A DNA stretch of 64,000 nucleotides from Chiloscyllium plagiosum (lineage: Eukaryota): the NCBI RefSeq assembly GCF_004010195.1, contig NC_057712.1:35968446-36032445 (forward strand). The letters are read 5' to 3'. The notes below the pieces were generated by a model. It searched no databases, was not told the DNA's origin, and saw only the letters and a program-made list of their open reading frames with translations. Shown here piece by piece: positions 48,345-61,151 of this stretch (positions are counted from its first letter, which is position 1; each line of letters starts with the position of its first letter). The position numbers and the translations under genes were made by a program.

Positions 48345-48618
48345 AACATAGAATCCCTACAGTGTGGAATGAGGCCTTTCAGCCCATCGAGTCTGTACTG
48401 ACCCTTTGAAGTGCATCCCACTTGGACAAAGCCCCCTAGCTATCCATGTAACACTCTGTTTCCCATGGCTAACCCACCTAACTTGCACATCTTTGGGCTA
48501 TAGGAGGAAGCCCATGCAGACATGGGAGAATGTGCAAACTCTACTCGGACAGTCACCCAAGGGTGGAATCGAACTCCCGTGTTGTGAGGCAGCAGTGTTA
48601 ACCACTGAGCCACTGTGC
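48345..48618 (-). mobile_element. HE1-like SINE
   Basis: tRNA-like head and LINE-like tail. Confidence 0.88.
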
Positions 48619-49327
48619 TTCTCATGGTATAAATAAAGAAAAAGGGAGTATGGTAATAAATTATATATATATATTAGAGAGAGAGAGAGAGTGAAAGTCC
48701 AGAATAGGGAGGGCCAGAGTATACACCTGGGATAGAGAGATTTTGTGTGTGTGTGTTCATATCTGGGGTAGAGAGAGAGATGCTCAGGAGTGAGAGTTTT
48801 TGCCCCATATCAGCTTTCTCCACTGTCTTCATCTCACATTAAACTTCTGTATTCCTATCTCTTTCTGCCTTTGTACTTACCCAGCATTCCCTTTAACATT
48901 TCTTGACTTCACACTGAGTGATTTTAAATAAAGAAATCTTCACCACGGGAGGGGCTGGCTGGGGAGACCTTGTCAGTGAGTCAGGCCTTGACCCAAACAT
49001 GAAACTCCCCATCTGTGACCCACTCCACATCTATCAGTACTGGCTCCGGACCATGACCTAGACACCCACACTGAAGCCAAACCACTGACCTGTCACATGC
49101 ATGTAACACGGAACACCTCCCAGAAAGGCCTGACATGGAATGAAAGGTTAAGGTGAATTCAGAGTAGTTCACCACATTCAAACAAAGCTCTTGCTATTTT
49201 TCATTGTTCCCTGCTGCTCCCTGATATGCCACTGCTGATTTTGAGATTGCATCTGCGCATGTGTTCGAGGTAATGGGCCATGTGGAGAGTTGTTCCAGAG
49301 AGAAGGCAAGAGAATGGCACTAAACGT

Positions 49328-49665
49328 CAGCACAGTGGCTAGCACTGCTGCATCACAGCACCAGAGGCCCAGGTTTGATTCCACCCTCAGGTGACTGTCT
49401 GAGTGGAGTTTGCACGTTCTCTCAGTGTCTGTGGGGATTTCCTCTGGGTGCTCTGATTTCCTTCCAAAGTCCAAAGATGTGCAGGTTAAGTGAATTAGCC
49501 ATGAAAAATTACCCCATGGTATCCAGGGATGTGCAGGCTAGGTGGGTTAGCCATGGGAAATGCAGGGTTGTCAGGGATGTGGTGGATTTAGGTGGGATGC
49601 TCTTCAGAGGGTCAGTGTAGACTTGATGGGCCGAATGGCCTGCTGCCACACTGTAGGGATTCTTT
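49328..49665 (+). mobile_element. HE1-like SINE
   Basis: tRNA-like head and LINE-like tail. Confidence 0.88.
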
Positions 49666-50207
49666 GATTCCAAAACAGCTGTACACACCCACAACAGTCC
49701 AAGTACTATGGGCTAATTCTTTGATCAGACGGGTTATGCCGGAAACATCGATTCTCCTGCTCCTCAGATGCTGCCTGACATGCTGTGCTTTTCCAGCGCC
49801 CACACTCTCGACTGATCTTCAGCATCTGCAGTTCATGCTTTCTCCTGATTGTGTGATCAAGGTGATCAAAATTCTGAGGCACCCGAATGGAGTCCCTCTC
49901 TCTTGTGGCAGGAGGGTGAGTAACCAGAGAAACAAAATTGGAGATAATTAGGATATGAACCAGATGGGAACTGAGAATTTTGTTACAAAGTGAGTAATGA
50001 TCTGAAATGCGTGACCTGAAAGTGGATTGGAAACAGGTTCCATAGTAACTTTAAAAGGAAATATCTGAACAGGGAGCAAATAAATGGAGCAGCAGAGTGG
50101 GTATAATTGTAAAGCCCTTTAATGGGCCAAATGGCTACTTCCATGATGCTGTCTAATTGTTCAAATCTCTGGTTTTCACTGATCAGCTTTTCTCTCCAAT
50201 TCTGCAG

Positions 50208-50370
50208 TACTGGAGTGAATGAAGTAATGGGGAGCTATGTGGTGGGCCAGGTGGCTAACAGCCTGTTCCAGAAACAAGCAAGGAAATGTATGACAAATCC
50301 ACTGGTTACTCTCTTCAGCAAGCCAGCCTCCACTACTCAGCTAATCTTCACTCCTGTACCAGAGAACAAG
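50208..50370 (+). CDS. RBM34: RBM34 exon 2
   Basis: ttctgcag| TGVNEVMGSYVVGQVANSLF...FTPVPENK |gtaagt; matches the RBM34 Y..GQVA.SLF motif. Confidence 0.92.
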
Positions 50371-50588
50371 GTAAGTCCCCACTCGCAGAGACACAGGCTA
50401 ATATTAAGCAGTTGATCCACATACAATTAGCTCACCATGAATCAGGCACACCAATTCTTTAAGTCAGGTCAGCATAATAACAGGCTCCTAGTCCCAGTGG
50501 ACAGGGCTTCCTGTTGTTACAAAAATTATGTGGAATTTTTTCGCTAATGACCTGGTACGAGGGTTAATTTGAGATTGTTCACCCTCAG

Positions 50589-50710
50589 GTCAGCTGCAGA
50601 AAGAGGGACCCTGTGGACGATGAATCTGACGCCGCCACTGCAGCTAAGCAACAGAAGCCTGTTCATAGGAAGAAGCAGCTCACAGTTGCTGAGAGGAAAC
50701 TGGCCCAGCG
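50589..50710 (+). CDS. RBM34: RBM34 exon 3
   Basis: accctcag| VSCRKRDPVDD...KKQLTVAERKLAQ(R) |gtgagt; phase 0-2. Confidence 0.9.
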
Positions 50711-51911
50711 GTGAGTGCTGGCACGACCAATGGCTATCGCATCACTCTGTTAGCACAGCACCAACTTGTATCTTTCCAATGCCTTTATCATAATGAAATG
50801 TCCCAGGATATGTCGTGGGTGTTCAAAAGCAGAGTTTGACTCAAAGTCGCTCAAGGAAACCTTAGGACATGTGACAGAAAGCTTGGTAAAGGGTCAGATT
50901 TTAAGAAGTATTTTTAAGGAAAAGAGCGGGCTGGAGAGGTTCAGGGAGGGAGTTTCAGAGCTTGAGGCCTCAAAGGTAAACAGGAAGGTGCATTTTAAAA
51001 CTAGCTGCTTCCATAACTGGAGCCAGTGCAGCCCAGTGAGCACGGAGAGGTGCTGAGCAGGACTTGATGACAGTGAGGATCTGGACAGCAGAGTTTTGGA
51101 TGACCTTGAGTTTACAAATGTTATGAGTGTGGAAGATGACATTTATTGACCTTACCTAGTTGCGCTTGAGAAGGTGATGAGCTGCATTTTGAACTGCTGC
51201 AGTTCACCTGTAGGTAGACCCACAATGCTATCTAGAGAGGGAGTTCCAGGATTGAGACCAAGTGAGACTGAAGGAACAGCGATACGCACTCTGACCAAAC
51301 CCTTATACAGTTGCAGCAAGGCTCCTATACCACTGCGCCTTTCGTATATTTAACACACTGTCCCCTCCTTTCATTACAGCTGCTCTATTCAGCAAATGCA
51401 TTGCTTCAGATGATGTACTGATCTGTTTCTGTTTCCACCCATTTTATATTGCCATCCTACACCAATGTTGCTGTTACACAACTGCCAAACATGGATAAGC
51501 TTCTAGAGGAGTGTGGTTCAAGTCTCCTTGCAGCACAGGCTGGGAACTGAGAGATTTCAATTCCTACCAGTGCCTTAGGACTGATTGCACATTGACATAG
51601 CCAATCCACAGAAAGGATGCAGCAAAGGGTAGCTGGACTGGCAGCAGGACAGAAAGTGTTGTTTTGTGGCAGGGAGTCAGCATTTTAGGGGGAGAGGTTG
51701 GGAGGTTGTGAGCAGATCAGGATTGTAGGGGAGGAATATTAGAGGGTGTTAGAAGATCAGATTTGAGGAGGTCAGGATTGGGCAGGAGGCAACCAGAGGG
51801 TGTGGAGAGCTTTGTGTCATAGGGAAACGTGGATTTATAGGGTGTGGAGAGGCCAGAGTCAGAATTGTCCTCATCCCTCTCTGAGCTGCCCTCGCTTTGT
51901 GTCATTTGCAG

Positions 51912-52134
51912 CGAGGATGCCTTGACAGCAGCAGACAAAAAGGGTGAAGGGAACCAACGCCGGAAACAGAACAAGAAGGTAGTACGAGGCGAGTTGCCGG
52001 TTGCTGTGACGATGACGAAAGGAAAGGTGGTTGAATCTGGGACTATGAAGAGCACAGCCATCCCTGAACTAGAGACGATAAAGAATAGAAGGACTCTGTT
52101 TGTAGGGAACGTGCCATCAGACTACAGTAAACAG
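51912..52134 (+). CDS. RBM34: RBM34 exon 4 (start of RRM1)
   Basis: atttgcag| EDALTAAD...KNRRTLFVGNVPSDYSKQ |gtgaga; RNP2 LFVGNV. Confidence 0.94.
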
Positions 52135-52409
52135 GTGAGAAGTGGCAGAGGGCTTGTGCACAATCTGCTGATCAGGAGGACACTGAGCTTAACGTGACTG
52201 TCGGTCAACACTGTTCTCCTCAGTCAGTTCATCTCAGCCAGGATCCGACAGTACAACAGCCTGCCTCTGCACAGCACCATCAGGGCATCAAAACACCTGA
52301 AAGGGGCTTCACAAAATAAGCTATGTAAGGAGGTGTAAGGGCAGATGACCAAAAGCTTAGTCAAAAAGAGAGGTTTTAAGGAGCACTCTTAGCAAAGAAA
52401 AAGAAACTT

Positions 52410-53130
52410 AGACATGTGATTCACTTTGCAAGAAGTAACAGGAATGCAGAGTACTGGCCAAATGGTAAGATTCTTGGTAGTGTACATGAGTAGAGAGATC
52501 CCTCAAAGTTGCCAACCAGGTTGAAAGGGCTGTTAAGAAGGCATATGGTGTGTTAACTTTTATTAGTAGAGGGATCAAGATTCAAGTTTTGCAGCTGTAC
52601 AAAACTCAGGTGCGGCCACACTTGGAGTATTGTGTACAGTTCTGGTCGCCGCATTATAGGAAAGATGTGGAAGCTTTTGAAAGGGTTCAGAGGAGATTTA
52701 CTAGGATGTTGCCTGGTATGAAGGGAAAGTTTTACGAGGAAAGGTTGAGGGATTTGAGGCTATTTTCGATAGAAGAAAGTTGCAAGATGACTTAATTGAA
52801 ACATACAAAATAATCAGAAGGTTAGATCAGGTGTGCAGTGAGAGCCTTTTTCCTGGGATGAAGATGGCTAGCACAAGGGGACATAGCTTTAAATTGAGGG
52901 GTGATAGATTTGGACAGATGTCAGAGATAGCTTCTTCACTCAGAGTAGTAGGAGCGTGGAATGCACTGCCTTCAACAGTTGTAGACCCTCCAACTTTAAG
53001 GGCATTTAAGTTGTTATTGGATAGGCATATGGACGAGAATGGAATAGTGTAGGTTAGATGGGCTTCAAATTGGTTCCACAGAATGGCACAACATCGAGGA
53101 CCGAAGGGCCTGTATTGCACTGTAATGCTC
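52410..53130 (+). mobile_element. CR1-like LINE 3' fragment
   Basis: VRPHLEYCVQFWSPHYRKD motif. Confidence 0.92.
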
Positions 53131-53705
53131 TGTGGAAGTCCAGAGTTCATGACCTCACTGGCTGCAATAGTTACGCATATTGCAGCAGAGTGGAGCATGG
53201 ATAATATAGTCCCACTCTCAAATTATTTGTGCTAATATTAAAGCAAAATGCTATGAATGCTGCAAATTGAAATTAAAATAGGAAGTGCTGGCGAGAGTAA
53301 GCAAGTCTGACAGCATCTGTTGAGAGAAATGAAGTTTTTGTGTCCAGTATGATTCTTCAGACATATTTGATTTGGCATTTCCAGTATTTCTGTTTTATTT
53401 TCAGATTTACTCAATCTGCAGTAATAGCTTTCATTATCAGTTTGGACTTTATTACCCATCTCCCATTCTCATTCATGTTCACCTGTTGAGGTAACTTTCA
53501 GGCAGTATTTTGGCAGATGTTGTATGAATAATTTGATATCGGTAGGTAGTCTATGTTCAGGAGGAATTGGTGACTTTGGATCTCTAGTGTTTGAAGCTTT
53601 TCACCATTAAAGATTTTACTGATTTCATTTATGAAGCTGTAGTAGATTAGTTCATTGGGTTGATTTCTGTAATTCATTAACAGCTCCATTATCATTGTAT
53701 CCTGG

Positions 53706-54008
53706 TGGGCGGCACGGTGGCACAGTGGTGCCTCACAGTGCCAGAGACCCGGGTTCAATTCCCGCCTCAGGCGACTGACTGTGTGGAGTTTGCACGTTCT
53801 CCCCGTGTCTGCGTGGGTTTCCTCCGGGTGCTCCGGTTTCCTCCCACAGTCCAAAGATGTGCAGGTCAGGTGAATTGGCCATTCTAAATTGTCCGTAGTG
53901 TTAGGTAAGGGGTAAATGTAGGGGTATGGGTGGGTTGCGCTTCGGCGGGGCGGTGTGGACTTGTTGGACTGAAGGGCCTGTTTCCACACTGTAAGTAATC
54001 TAATCTAA
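53706..54008 (+). mobile_element. HE1-like SINE (young)
   Basis: gggcggcacggtggcacagtgg...; tail 'gaagggcctgtttccacactgtaagtaatctaatct' shared with the LINE 3' end. Confidence 0.95.
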
Positions 54009-54381
54009 TAATGTTTATTGCTCAGCTCACATCAGACCAGATGATCTGGTCAGTATCATACTGCTTCCTGCACGTAAACTGCTTGCAGCTTTTCTTACAT
54101 TACAACAGTAATCCAAAACTTTTCATTGGCTATAAAATCCTTTGGGACCCTCTGTGCTTGTGAAAGAGATTCTATCAATGCAAGTTTTTTTGTGTATTCC
54201 TCAATGGCAGAAGGCTAATTAGATAGACTTGAGTCTTGTTCTCCCTCTTAATTTTATGTCCTTAGGTTCCAGTAATCACATTCAGTGCCTTCTCTGTATC
54301 TGAGAGCATTATCCTCCTGTCTCCAAGTCTATCACTTGGAATAAGGTATTACATATGAGTTGTTTGTGTCTTTTTAAATAG

Positions 54382-54441
54382 ATGATCAAAGCGCTGTTTA
54401 AAGAGTTTGGACCAATTGAGTCAGTACGATTCCGTTCAGTG
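54382..54441 (+). CDS. RBM34: RBM34 exon 5
   Basis: taaatag| MIKALFKEFGPIESVRFRSV |gtaaga. Confidence 0.95.
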
Positions 54442-54554
54442 GTAAGACGACATTTACTTTGTTTTATGTTACATATTATTGCTTGTAAAGCTAGAGCTGG
54501 TGGACTGATTGTATGATTTCACCCGGGAGAGCGCTGGGTTCCATATGATGAGTA

Positions 54555-54764
54555 CATTAGAACCCGCGCATCTGCGGATTCAGTTTCACAGTTTTAGTTA
54601 TCGACAGTTTACCGCAGCCTGAAAACATTCCAGAAATAATTCCAGGGGGCTGCCAGTGAGGCAGGTTTCCCATTTAAATGATAGGGTTCTCTACTTTTTG
54701 TGATTTTGGGCAACCACGGTAGTTCTTGGAACATATCACCAGCGGATACGGGGTGGGACACCTG
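54555..54764. mobile_element. Tigger/MER2-type MITE
   Basis: TA-flanked; imperfect TIRs cattagaacccgcgcatctgcgg / agcggatacggggtgggacacctg. Confidence 0.7.
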
Positions 54765-55504
54765 TATTTCTTTGTTTTCAGAAGGCTGTAGTTTAGACAC
54801 TGGAGTATTCGCACCTTCTGAGCTCTGAAAATTCTCCACCCTCTGAGTGAAGCAATTTCTTCTCAGCTTATTCCAAAAACACCAACCTGTCATCTGGAGG
54901 CTGTGACCCGATATCCTAGATTTTCCAGCCTGAGAAATAATCTCTAGTGTCAAACTATCAAGTCCCATCAGAATCTTGTTTTTTTTTAATCCATATCACT
55001 TCTCATGCTTATAAACTCCAGAGAATATAGGCCTGATTTACACACACCCTCATCACAGAACAATCCCCTTACTCCTGGTACCAATTTAATGGATCTTTGC
55101 TACTTCCTGTCAATTAACTAATCTTCAATCCAGATTAATACTTTACTCCAAAGTTGATGAGTACTTACCTTGCGTATTACCTTTTGTTGAGAGTTAAATG
55201 TATTTTGGAAATCCAAGTCTCAGAATTTGAGAAAAGTGACAGGAAGAAGGAGTCTATTGAACCCATTGTTTCTACTCCAGCTCTCTGTAAGAGCAATTCA
55301 GCTAGTCCCATTCTCTTGGCATATCACTGTTAAGCTTTTCTGTTCATATAATTAGCCAGTTCTTTTTTGAAAGTCACTGTGATGGTAATGGTGTGTTACA
55401 CTGTTCGCCACTTCACTGTGAAACTTGGTTTTCTTGCATTACGTGCTTTTGATAAGAGAAAGATGATTAATCTGATTATGTTTCTCATGTTTCTTGAACT
55501 AAAG

Positions 55505-55548
55505 GCATGTGCAGAGCCCAAAATCTCCAAGAGATTGGCCACCATTCA
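55505..55548 (+). CDS. RBM34: RBM34 exon 6
   Basis: actaaag| ACAEPKISKRLATI(Q) |gtaagt; phase 0-2. Confidence 0.9.
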
Positions 55549-56225
55549 GTAAGTCACACTGCTTGCTCACCAGATGTTTGTTTTGTTTCTGAGATGTGGA
55601 TGCTGTTGCCCATCACTGAAGATAATGATGAGCTAACCATGAACTGTTGCAGTCTATGCGGTGTAGTTACACCCATTGTGTTGTTGGAAAGGAAGTTCTG
55701 GGCTCTTGACACAGGGAACAGTGATATATTTCCATGTCAAAATGGTGTGTGGTTTGGAGGGAAACTTGCATGGGGATGGTGTTCCCAAGTTTGTGCTGTG
55801 CCTGTCCTTCTAAGTAGTACAGATTGTGGGTTTGGAAGCAGGCGCTGTTGAACCTGTTGACTGCCCTCTTTGTAACAGAGACATGAACCCTACAACAGTG
55901 GGTTATTCACAGCACTGATTCCTCACTCTCCTTTGCCCTTGCATATTCCAAGTAATCAGACAGCAGTCATCAGCTTTCACCATGATAGATTAGCCGTCAA
56001 GAGTGTTTTCAGGGATGGAGTCACTGCAGCCAATTCTGTTTCTGCCCTCACTGAACTCTAGGCATACACACACATACACAAGCATATGTGCATAATCTCT
56101 TGTGCATGTTCCCATTTAGATCCATGAACCCAGGTATACATACACAAGAAGTAGCTACACGCAGATTTGATTTCTTACTTTCCCTCTCAAAGGCCCTGAG
56201 TCATGGGAATGTCTATTAGTCAACA

Positions 56226-56284
56226 CTGGATGGAACAGGAAGGTGACACAGGGATTGAATGTGTCACCTTCCTGTTCCATCCAG
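56226..56284. repeat. Perfect 25-bp inverted repeat with 9-nt loop
   Basis: ctggatggaacaggaaggtgacaca-gggattgaa-tgtgtcaccttcctgttccatccag. Confidence 0.95.
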
Positions 56285-56788
56285 ACTGGCGGCTGTCTTT
56301 GTATACCAAGCCCGAGAGCGCGTTGCTGAGAGTATTCGGACTTGGTTTGAAATTCTGCAACAACAGATTGCTTTGGGTTCTTTTTGTCTTTTTGGTGGGA
56401 TTAAATGATGTCAGGTGAGAGGAGGAACAAGAACACCAGCAATGAGTGGTTAAGCTGAATCGCCTATTTCCAGGCTGTAAGTTCTATGTAATTCTTTAAA
56501 CAGACCCAGCAGTCTTCATTTAGCTGCGAATAACTCTGCCCTCTGGTGTTCTTCCTCTGTATGTGTTCCTCACATTCAGTACTATGGAGGAGAGCTGTGC
56601 TGCAGTTTAGCTGTAATTTGGAATTAAAATTGATATGGAACTAATACCTCCCCTGCCTGCATGCTCAATTTATTTTTAAATGTTCTGTCACCTTGTTCTA
56701 ACCTGTGTATTTGAAAGTACAAGTGGACAATAAATTTATTGGTGAAATGCTTTCTTTCTCATTCTTCTGTTTCCCCATGCTAATTTAG

Positions 56789-56872
56789 GAAGAAGATTCA
56801 TCCCAAGAGGAACAGTGTGAATGCCTATATAGTGTTTGAACAAGACAGTGATGCAGTCAGAGCTTTGACAAA
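56789..56872 (+). CDS. RBM34: RBM34 exon 7
   Basis: aatttag| KKIHPKRNSVNAYIVFEQDSDAVRALT(K) |gtatgt; RNP1-like NAYIVF. Confidence 0.95.
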
Positions 56873-56944
56873 GTATGTCCTCTGACTCCATTTGTTTCAT
56901 TTTCGTTGCTCTAGCTCAGTGACTTCTGAATTTTAATGAGAATA

Positions 56945-57750
56945 TGAGATGGGCCAATTGGCCGACGAGTGGCAGATGGAGTTTAACTTAGATACATGTG
57001 AGGTGCTGCATTCTGGAAAGGCAAATCAGGGCAGCATTTATGCACTTAATGGTAAGGTCTTGGGAGTGTTGCTGAACAAAGAGACCTTGGAGTGCAGGTC
57101 CATAGTTCTTTGAAAATTGATCGCAGGTAGACAGGGTAGTAAAGAAGGCATTTGGTATGCTTTCCTTTGTTGGTTAGACCATTGAGTAGAGGAGTTGGCA
57201 AGTCGTTTTGCAGCTGTACAGGACATTGGTTAGATTACTTTTCGAATATTGTATGCAGTTCTGGTCTCCCTCCTATAGGAAGGATGTTGTGAAACTTGAA
57301 AGAGTCCTGAAAAGATTTACAATGATGTTGCCAGGATTGGAGGATTTGAGCTATAGGGAGAGGCTGAGTAGGCTGGGACTGTTTTTCCTGGGGCATTGGA
57401 GGCTGAGCGGTGACCTTATAGAGGTTTATAAAATCAAGAGGGGCATGGATAGGGTTAATAGACAAGGTCTTTTCCCTGGGGTGGAGGCATCCAGTACTGG
57501 AGGGCATAGATTTAGGGTGAGAAGGGAAAGATTTAAAAGGGACCTAAGGGCCAGCTTTTTCACGCAGAGGGTGGTGCCTATATGGAATGAGCTGCCAGAG
57601 GAAGTGGTGGAGGCTGGGTACATGAGTAGGAAGGGTTTAGAGGAATATGGGCCAAATACTGGCAAATGGGACTAAATTAATTTAGGATATCTGATTGGCA
57701 CAGACAAGTTGAACCGAAGGATCTGTTTCCGTGCTGTACAACTGAATCTA
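56945..57750 (+). mobile_element. CR1/HER1-like LINE 3' fragment
   Basis: ORF 57208..57675 and tail. Confidence 0.93.
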
Positions 57751-57804
57751 TGAGGCATATGTTTTAGATTTGAATCTGTTGCACAACCTGCTTAAATGAT
57801 TAAA

Positions 57805-58400
57805 AAAATGAAAGAACTGCAGATGCTGGAAATCAGAAACAAAAACAGAAATTGCTGGAAAAACTCAGCAGGTTTGGCAGCATCTGTGGAGAGAAACCAG
57901 AATTAATATTTCAGGTCCACTAACCCTTATTCAGAACTCAAATATTAATAGCTGCCAGTGGGGGAGCAGCCCATTGATAACACAACCTGGTGTGGGGGAG
58001 TTTGGGGTAAGGACATGGGAGAAGGTACTGAAGCCCTAAAATTGTTGAACTTGCTATTGAGTCCAGAAGGCTGTAGCGTTCCCAAGTGGAAAGTGAGGTG
58101 CTGTTTTTCCAGCTTGTGCTGGAGTACTGCAGCAAGCCCGAGACAGAGATTTTAGCTGGGAAACACATGGTGGTGTGTTAAAAGTGGCAGGCTGCTGGAA
58201 GCTCAGGGCATTTTTGCAGACAGACGTAGGTGTTCTGCACAGCAGTCACCCAGTGTGCACTTCATCTACCCAGTGTAGAAGAGATCACATTGGGAGCAGC
58301 AAATGCAGTAGACTGGATTGCCTGAAGTGCAGGTATAGCACTGCTTCATCTGGAAGGTATGTTTGGTGGATCATGTAAAGTGGGAGGTGGATTGCATGGG
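57805..58400 (-). mobile_element. Penelope-like relic with terminal-repeat sequence
   Basis: Minus-strand GIY-YIG-region remnants and 'ccagcatctgcag' terminal motif shared with the mini-elements. Confidence 0.7.
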
Positions 58401-58729
58401 ACAAGAACACCAGCAATGAGTGGTTAAGCTGAATCACCTTAAATGTTGCTTTATTGCATTCAAACATGTTCATGCAAAATGCAGAGGCTCACAGGGCAGC
58501 CTCACGCTTTGGAACCATTATATATTGAGTTTTATTGTTCAACAGAGGTTCTCTATTACAACTAGTACTCAATTATAACAATACTCAGTTATTTAGTTTT
58601 AACTAGTGCTATGTGTTTATCCATTTACTTATAACCTGCAGTCTGTGTTTTATGGTTTATTTCTAATCATGCCTGTGTCTGCATTTTTTACATAGAGAAT
58701 CTGAATAAATTCTGGCTTTTAATTTAAAG

Positions 58730-58793
58730 GAACGGCTATGAAATACAAACTGGCTTTCATATCCGGGTGGACCTAGCCAGCAAGTCAAAAATT
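58730..58793 (+). CDS. RBM34: RBM34 exon 8
   Basis: tttaaag| NGYEIQTGFHIRVDLASKSKI |gtgagt. Confidence 0.94.
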
Positions 58794-58881
58794 GTGAGTT
58801 TTGAATCAGGAAGAAAGTGAGTTAATTCATACTTTATTAGCTAAAGTTAGAGAGTCTTATTTTTCTTTCTTTATTTTGCAG

Positions 58882-58924
58882 CATGACCATCGAAGATCAA
58901 TCTTTTTAGGCAACTTGTCATATG
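58882..58924 (+). CDS. RBM34: RBM34 exon 9 (start of RRM2)
   Basis: ttttgcag| HDHRRSIFLGNLSY |gtaaga; follows an 88-bp intron. Confidence 0.94.
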
Positions 58925-59519
58925 GTAAGATGAGTCAGTTTTATTCTCCAGTCTATCTTGGTCTTTCAAGCTGCACTGTCCCATTGAAGAAAGGATTTAT
59001 TGTTTGTGCAGAATAAATTGTTTGTAAACTTGTATCCTTCTCTTTTGAGATGTCTTGAGAATGTGTAGGATACTATAGAAATTGACTATAGCAATATATA
59101 ATTGGCTTAATGGCAGGAAACAGAATGGTGGTGGATGGCTGTTTTCATTCTGGAGGCCTGTCACCAGCTGTGTTCTGCAGGGATCGGCTCTGGGCCTTCT
59201 TTTGTTTTGTCATTTATATAAATGATTTGGATGCGAATATAAAAGACATGATTAGTAAGCTTGTGGACGACACCAAAATTGGTTGCATAGCATACACTGG
59301 AGAAGGTTTGGATCAAAGGGTCTGTTTCTGTGATGTATAACTATAAATGCAAGATTTCCTTTATAAATGAAACCAGGAACATAGTGGTTCCATTTCTAAC
59401 GGTCATCACCCTTCCGGTACCTGTTTGATGTAATTGAGGAGCTCAGGGTCTGCCATAGGAATTCCATTGTTGACTGAGCAGCTGATTAGCTCACTTTGCT
59501 CTGTTCTGTTTGAGTGTAG

Positions 59520-59638
59520 ACATCAGTGAGGATGAAGTACGAGAACACTTCAGCGAATGTGGTGCAATTGAGTCAGTCCGGATTGTAAGAGACCATGAAT
59601 CAGGAATGGGAAAAGGCTTTGGATATGTGCTTTTTCAG
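59520..59638 (+). CDS. RBM34: RBM34 exon 10
   Basis: gtgtag| ISEDEVREHFSECGAIESVRIVRDHESGMGKGFGYVLFQ |gtgagg; RNP1 KGFGYVLF. Confidence 0.96.
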
Positions 59639-60528
59639 GTGAGGTGATCAACACAGCCAACCTAAAACTTAAAAACTATTGCATTAGAATCCCAGGATAC
59701 AGAATCAGAGAATTTTGAAAATTGACCATTGAATCTTTCACTGGTGTTTGTCACATTCTCCTGCTCATTCCGTACTATTTTTCATGTCACTTTGCCTGTT
59801 TTTTTGGAAAAAGCCATGGGATATTTTACCTCCGTCTGAGCTGGCACAGAATGTTTCATGAGATTTTTTTACTTTAGCTCATGATGTAAAATGGGAGAAA
59901 TCAAATTGTCTGCTCTTTTAAACACCCACTGTTCTTGCTCCATTGACTTCAATCAAAACAGTGATGCTGTAAGGCACAGAACTGAAGCAAATGAATTTTG
60001 AAATTCTTGTCATTTTTTATGATCCCTTGATGACCTCAACCCTCCTCCATGCCACAACCTTCCCTCCCTGTAACCCCCTACAACACTCCTCTCTGTAACT
60101 TTCTCTAGCTCTGAGAGGCACATGAACTCGTCCAATTCTGGCCTCCTGTACAATCCCCATTTTCTTTTGCCTTCCAGTGGTGACTGTGCCTAGAATTGCT
60201 GAGACCCTTTGGAAATCCCTCCTTAAACCTCTGCATCTTTTGATCTCATTTTCCTACATTTAAAGCACTGCTTTAAAAACCTGCTGACTTTGTTTGGTAA
60301 TGCTTCTGTGAGATGGCAAGGGCTGTTCTGCTGCTTGAAAATTGCTATAGAAATAAAGTTATTATCTTCCCTTACTGGCTTCAGGTTGTTCAGTTTTATT
60401 TGTACTAGTGCTGGGGCACACAGTAAATTCACCCACAGCTGGCACAGGATAATTTCAATAAAAATGGTTGAGAGATGCAAGGCCCAGTGTCAAAATAATA
60501 ATGTGAACAGTCTCACTTTCTGTTGCAG

Positions 60529-60834
60529 AACACAGATGCTGTAACTCTGGCCCTAAAACTCAATAACTCCGAGCTGAAGGGTCGCAAGTTGAGAGTCAAC
60601 CACTCACTGAAAAAGGATACAGCCAGCAAGGTCCAGAGGAGTGCTGGGGTCACAGCCAGCAAGGCCCAAGCAGTGAGGAATCCACCATTGGCCAATATGT
60701 TCGCCGGGATCATGACAAAGCCAGTGGAGGGGGATAAAACAAAGAAGAAGATGAAAAAGAAGAAGATGAAAAAGAAGAAAGTGCAGAGGTGTAAACTAAA
60801 CCAGCAAAGGGGCAGCAAGGCTAAAAGCAAATAG
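60529..60834 (+). CDS. RBM34: RBM34 exon 11 (last)
   Basis: tgttgcag| NTDAVTLALKLNNSELKGRKLRV...Lys-rich tail, TAG. Exon lengths sum to 1245 nt = 414 aa plus stop. Confidence 0.95.
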   Translation, partial: NTDAVTLALKLNNSELKGRKLRVNHSLKKDTASKVQRSAGVTASKAQAVRNPPLANMFAGIMTKPVEGDKTKKKMKKKKMKKKKVQRCKLNQQRGSKAKSK

Positions 60835-61151
60835 TGAAATACTGCATACTTCTGAAGTTCTCATTCACCTTCTGGGAGCACCAGCTCACTTAACATTGGC
60901 AGAGGATTTCATCATGGAACTGTAATTGACATGAGAGCTGAGGGGTGGCTTTGCTCTGGGGCATTTTTTCTCTCTCTCCAAATCTGACCTGCAGATTATC
61001 CTTCTTCCTGTCCTCTGAACAAGTGGTTTGGAATGAGCTGACACTGTTGAATGTTTGTTGTGTGTGAAGGATTCTCTAATATGGAGCAGCACCCCTGTTT
61101 CTTAGATCAGACCCATTTGGTTTGTTTGCCTTTTGAAGGTGCAAGTTGAGC

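Noticed and set aside
48661-48780. (TA)n/(GA)n/(TG)n microsatellites
   Set aside because: Ordinary simple repeats.
56398-56462. Possible C/D snoRNA (ATGATGT...CTGA with gatt/aatc stem)
   Set aside because: Imperfect box C, too short, and the 3' half continues into a LINE-type tail.
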